From Lama glama (taxonomy: Eukaryota): a DNA stretch of 64,000 bases. Made by a program: the position numbers and the translations under genes. The first letter of the stretch is position 1. Each line of letters starts with the position of its first letter. Under the pieces are notes generated by a model that had not been told where the DNA came from, made no database searches, and was given only the letters and a program-made list of their open reading frames with translations. The stretch spans positions 61,628,001-61,692,000 of the forward strand of contig CM052841.1 in assembly GCA_028534125.1 (NCBI GenBank), written 5' to 3'. Shown piece by piece: positions 60,949-64,000 of this stretch.

Positions 60949-61979
60949 GTGAGCTGTGACTAGGGGCTCGGAAGGTGGGGTTTGGGGCAGTTCTTCCTGG
61001 AAAGACAGACAACAGAGGGCTTCTCCTGAGATCCCAGGCCCCGCTGGTCACCATTCTCCCTTGTGGTGAGGGTCACCCCATAGTCCCTGTCACCCAGTCC
61101 CGGAGCCCCGCCCCTCTCCTGAGGGTCCGCACCCGCATTCCAAGACCCCACGGCCACAGCGATCCCCAGACTCCCTCATGATGCGCGCATTTTCACTATC
61201 AAAACAATTTTACTCGAGTCTAAACGCGGTCCAACTCAATTCTAAGATTCTGCAGTCCTCGATCTCAGACTTCGTCATCCTGGTCTGCATGACTTTCTGA
61301 GATTCTGAGTTTCGGTCCTGAGTTCCTGCATTTGGAGACCACACTCCGGCTCCGCGAGGCCTGTGCCGGGGGATCTGCCACCCCGCGTCCATGACCAAGC
61401 CCTACGAGTAAACTGCCTGCCTTCGGGTCCACCCAGGGGAACGAACGTCAGGGTCCTGACTGTCCGCAAAGCAAGGTTGGGCACTGACCACTCCAGCCAG
61501 GGAAGAATAGGTGTGGCTCTTCTCATCTGGGCTGGACGTCAGGGGAGGGGATGGATGAAGGGTGGACATCCGGGAACCGATCAGGAAGAGCTGATCTTCC
61601 AAGAGGGTAGGAGGAGGGATGGCCATTGGGGAGGATGTGGGGAGAGCAATTGGGAAAGAGGTGAGGGAGGGTTATTCATTGTGGAGCAGAAGGATAAGAG
61701 CTGGTCATCTGGAAGAGATGAGGGAGGGCGGTTTTTAAATTATTCCTCACCCTTGCAGACAGGTAGGGTGATAAAAGGGACCTGAGCCAACTCTGCAGGC
61801 TTGGCCAGCTCTCCAGACAGCCCACGCCCTGGAGACCTGTGATCTCTACCCCTCCCCCTGAGGACTGGGTGTCTGTCTTCTTGAACTGCATATGGTCCCA
61901 GCCCCTTTCTCCCTATCTCCTTAAATTGTAGTAAGCCCTGAATAAACATTAGTTAGATGTATGGTGCTGTGTGGCTAAC

Positions 61980-62170
61980 ATTTATTGGACACTTATTATG
62001 TGCCAAGTACTGTGCTACAGGCTTTACATACATGAGATCACTGGATCCAAATAGAAGCAGGTATTGGTAACAGTATTACTCACACTTTACAGGTGAGGAA
62101 ACTGAGGCTCAGAGAGGTGAACCAAGGAGACACGGTTGGTGGGTGGCAGACCTGAGATTCAAAACCAGTT
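61980..62170. mobile_element. MIR SINE
   Basis: cacttattatgtgccaagtactgtgct...ttacaggtgaggaaactgaggctcagagagg. Confidence 0.8.
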
Positions 62171-63129
62171 GAACAAAAAAAAAGAAAAAGAAAGAAAAAA
62201 ATTATATTTCATCCCAAAGCCGATGCAGTTAACCATGCTTCCCTGTATGATTGCTTCCTGGCCTATTAATGTCCTGTATCAAGTGCTGATATTTTCCAGT
62301 ACTGGAGAGGCAGTGAGCACCTATCTTCTGAGTTCAGGACAGTGTACTTAGTGTGTGCTAAGTTTTTTAAGCACCAAGGAGTTGGGCAGATTCCACAGGA
62401 TCAGGACTTGAAAGAGCTGAGGTCCAGACTGGTTTTGCTACGAACCAGGCTGTACGACCAGATCCCTGAGCTTGACAAGCATCAGTTTCCGTAACTATAA
62501 ACAGGGCTGTGTGAAAATCAAATGGAATAATAACTGTGAGAGTGGTAAGGTGCCTGAGGATTGCTTTCGAATTTTTATTTAGCTGAGAAATCTCTTTGGT
62601 TATGATGTGGTTGCGTTCCTCAAGGTCGAGGTCAGGGCTGGCTAAAGCCAGGCAGTGTTTGGTATGCTGATGCCACTCTAATAGTGTTTCCGAAGCTAGA
62701 AGTGATTGTCTGTGAGAGTCCTCAAAGAGCATCCTTGGAAAGGACCTGAGGACACTTCTCCAGATCAATCCCCTTGTCTAATGTGGAAAAGAGAATGGGA
62801 AGGGGTATACCAGGGTCTCACAGTGCATCAGGGCCAAATGTGTGCTTGAACCCAGGTCACCTGGCTTGCCGTGTGCTCTTTCCACATCCTGCTGCTTATT
62901 GTGTCATCAACAAAGAACAGAGAGTTTTGAGCACATGCTGTACCAGGCTCAGGGCACAGTGTGACAGTTGAGATGGACACAGTCCCTGCCTCCAAGGAAC
63001 TTACAGCCCAGCAGATCGGCTACATGCTCTGTCTTACTGTGCTACCTGTCCTGGGTGTCGGGGGCCTGTGACAGATTCCCCAGGCCCTAACTTCTCCCCT
63101 GTACCCTAGTGCTGTGAAGATTGCTCTAG

Positions 63130-63579
<450 letters not shown>

Positions 63580-64000
63580 TAAACTGGGGTGGTGTTCCGG
63601 CTCTGAATCTTTATCTGCCCTTCTGGTTAAGACAGGTGTGTCGTGGGGCTTTTAAAAGGCTGATCAAGAGCTATTTCCTTAGATTTTGGTTCTTTTCCAA
63701 AGAATTGAGATGCTCTTATGGCCTCAACATAGTCTTCAAGAGTCAAAGAGTCTCGAAAGTGTACCCACAGATTCCTAAGGCACTGGGAGAGCCTGGGATT
63801 CTCCAGCCTCTGCAAAGCACCAGAGATCTTTCTCTTGCCCCTCATAGTGTCCATGAGGGGATGGGATGGGTGGGCTAGGGCCAGGCAGTGCAGTCAGCCG
63901 ACAGCTGATTGGAAGGGAGGGCTGATCACCTGAAGCAGTGTCCCTCCCAGCCTCCCGCGGGCTTAGCACCCATTCACCTCCCGCCCCGTCTCTCCCTCGC

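Noticed and set aside
61300-61520. Possible second non-coding LRSAM1 exon
   Set aside because: Several weak candidate donors (AAG|GTTGGG, TAG|GTGTGG) and no clear acceptor; cannot be delimited without transcript data

Overview
Mammalian genomic DNA with seven N-gaps. It is probably from a camelid, judged from several tRNA-Ala-derived SINEs resembling vic-1. The window holds the conserved syntenic block GARNL3(+) > SLC2A8(+) > ZNF79(+) > < RPL12(-) < > LRSAM1(+). I rebuilt the exon structures by hand from GT-AG boundaries with consistent phases: the last 11 coding exons of GARNL3 (CNH domain and C-terminus), complete SLC2A8/GLUT8 (10 exons, 478 aa), complete ZNF79 (5 coding exons, 496 aa, degenerate KRAB plus 11 C2H2 fingers), complete RPL12 (7 exons, 165 aa) and the first two coding exons of LRSAM1. 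The rest is intronic or intergenic sequence with L1, L2, MIR, MER5/MER63-like, MLT1 and SINE repeats. Gene and repeat names come from recalled homology, not from a search. I found no evidence of a wholly new gene system. The most interesting signals are: (1) a candidate 70-nt MIR-derived poison exon or alternative donor in RPL12 intron 1 that would trigger NMD; (2) an L1 insertion with a 17-bp TSD and an apparent 3' transduction; (3) an 80/81-nt internal repeat in the ZNF79 finger array suggesting gene conversion; (4) a KRAB-A box lacking its co-repressor motifs; (5) an N-gap where the RPL12-hosted snoRNA SNORA65 is expected.
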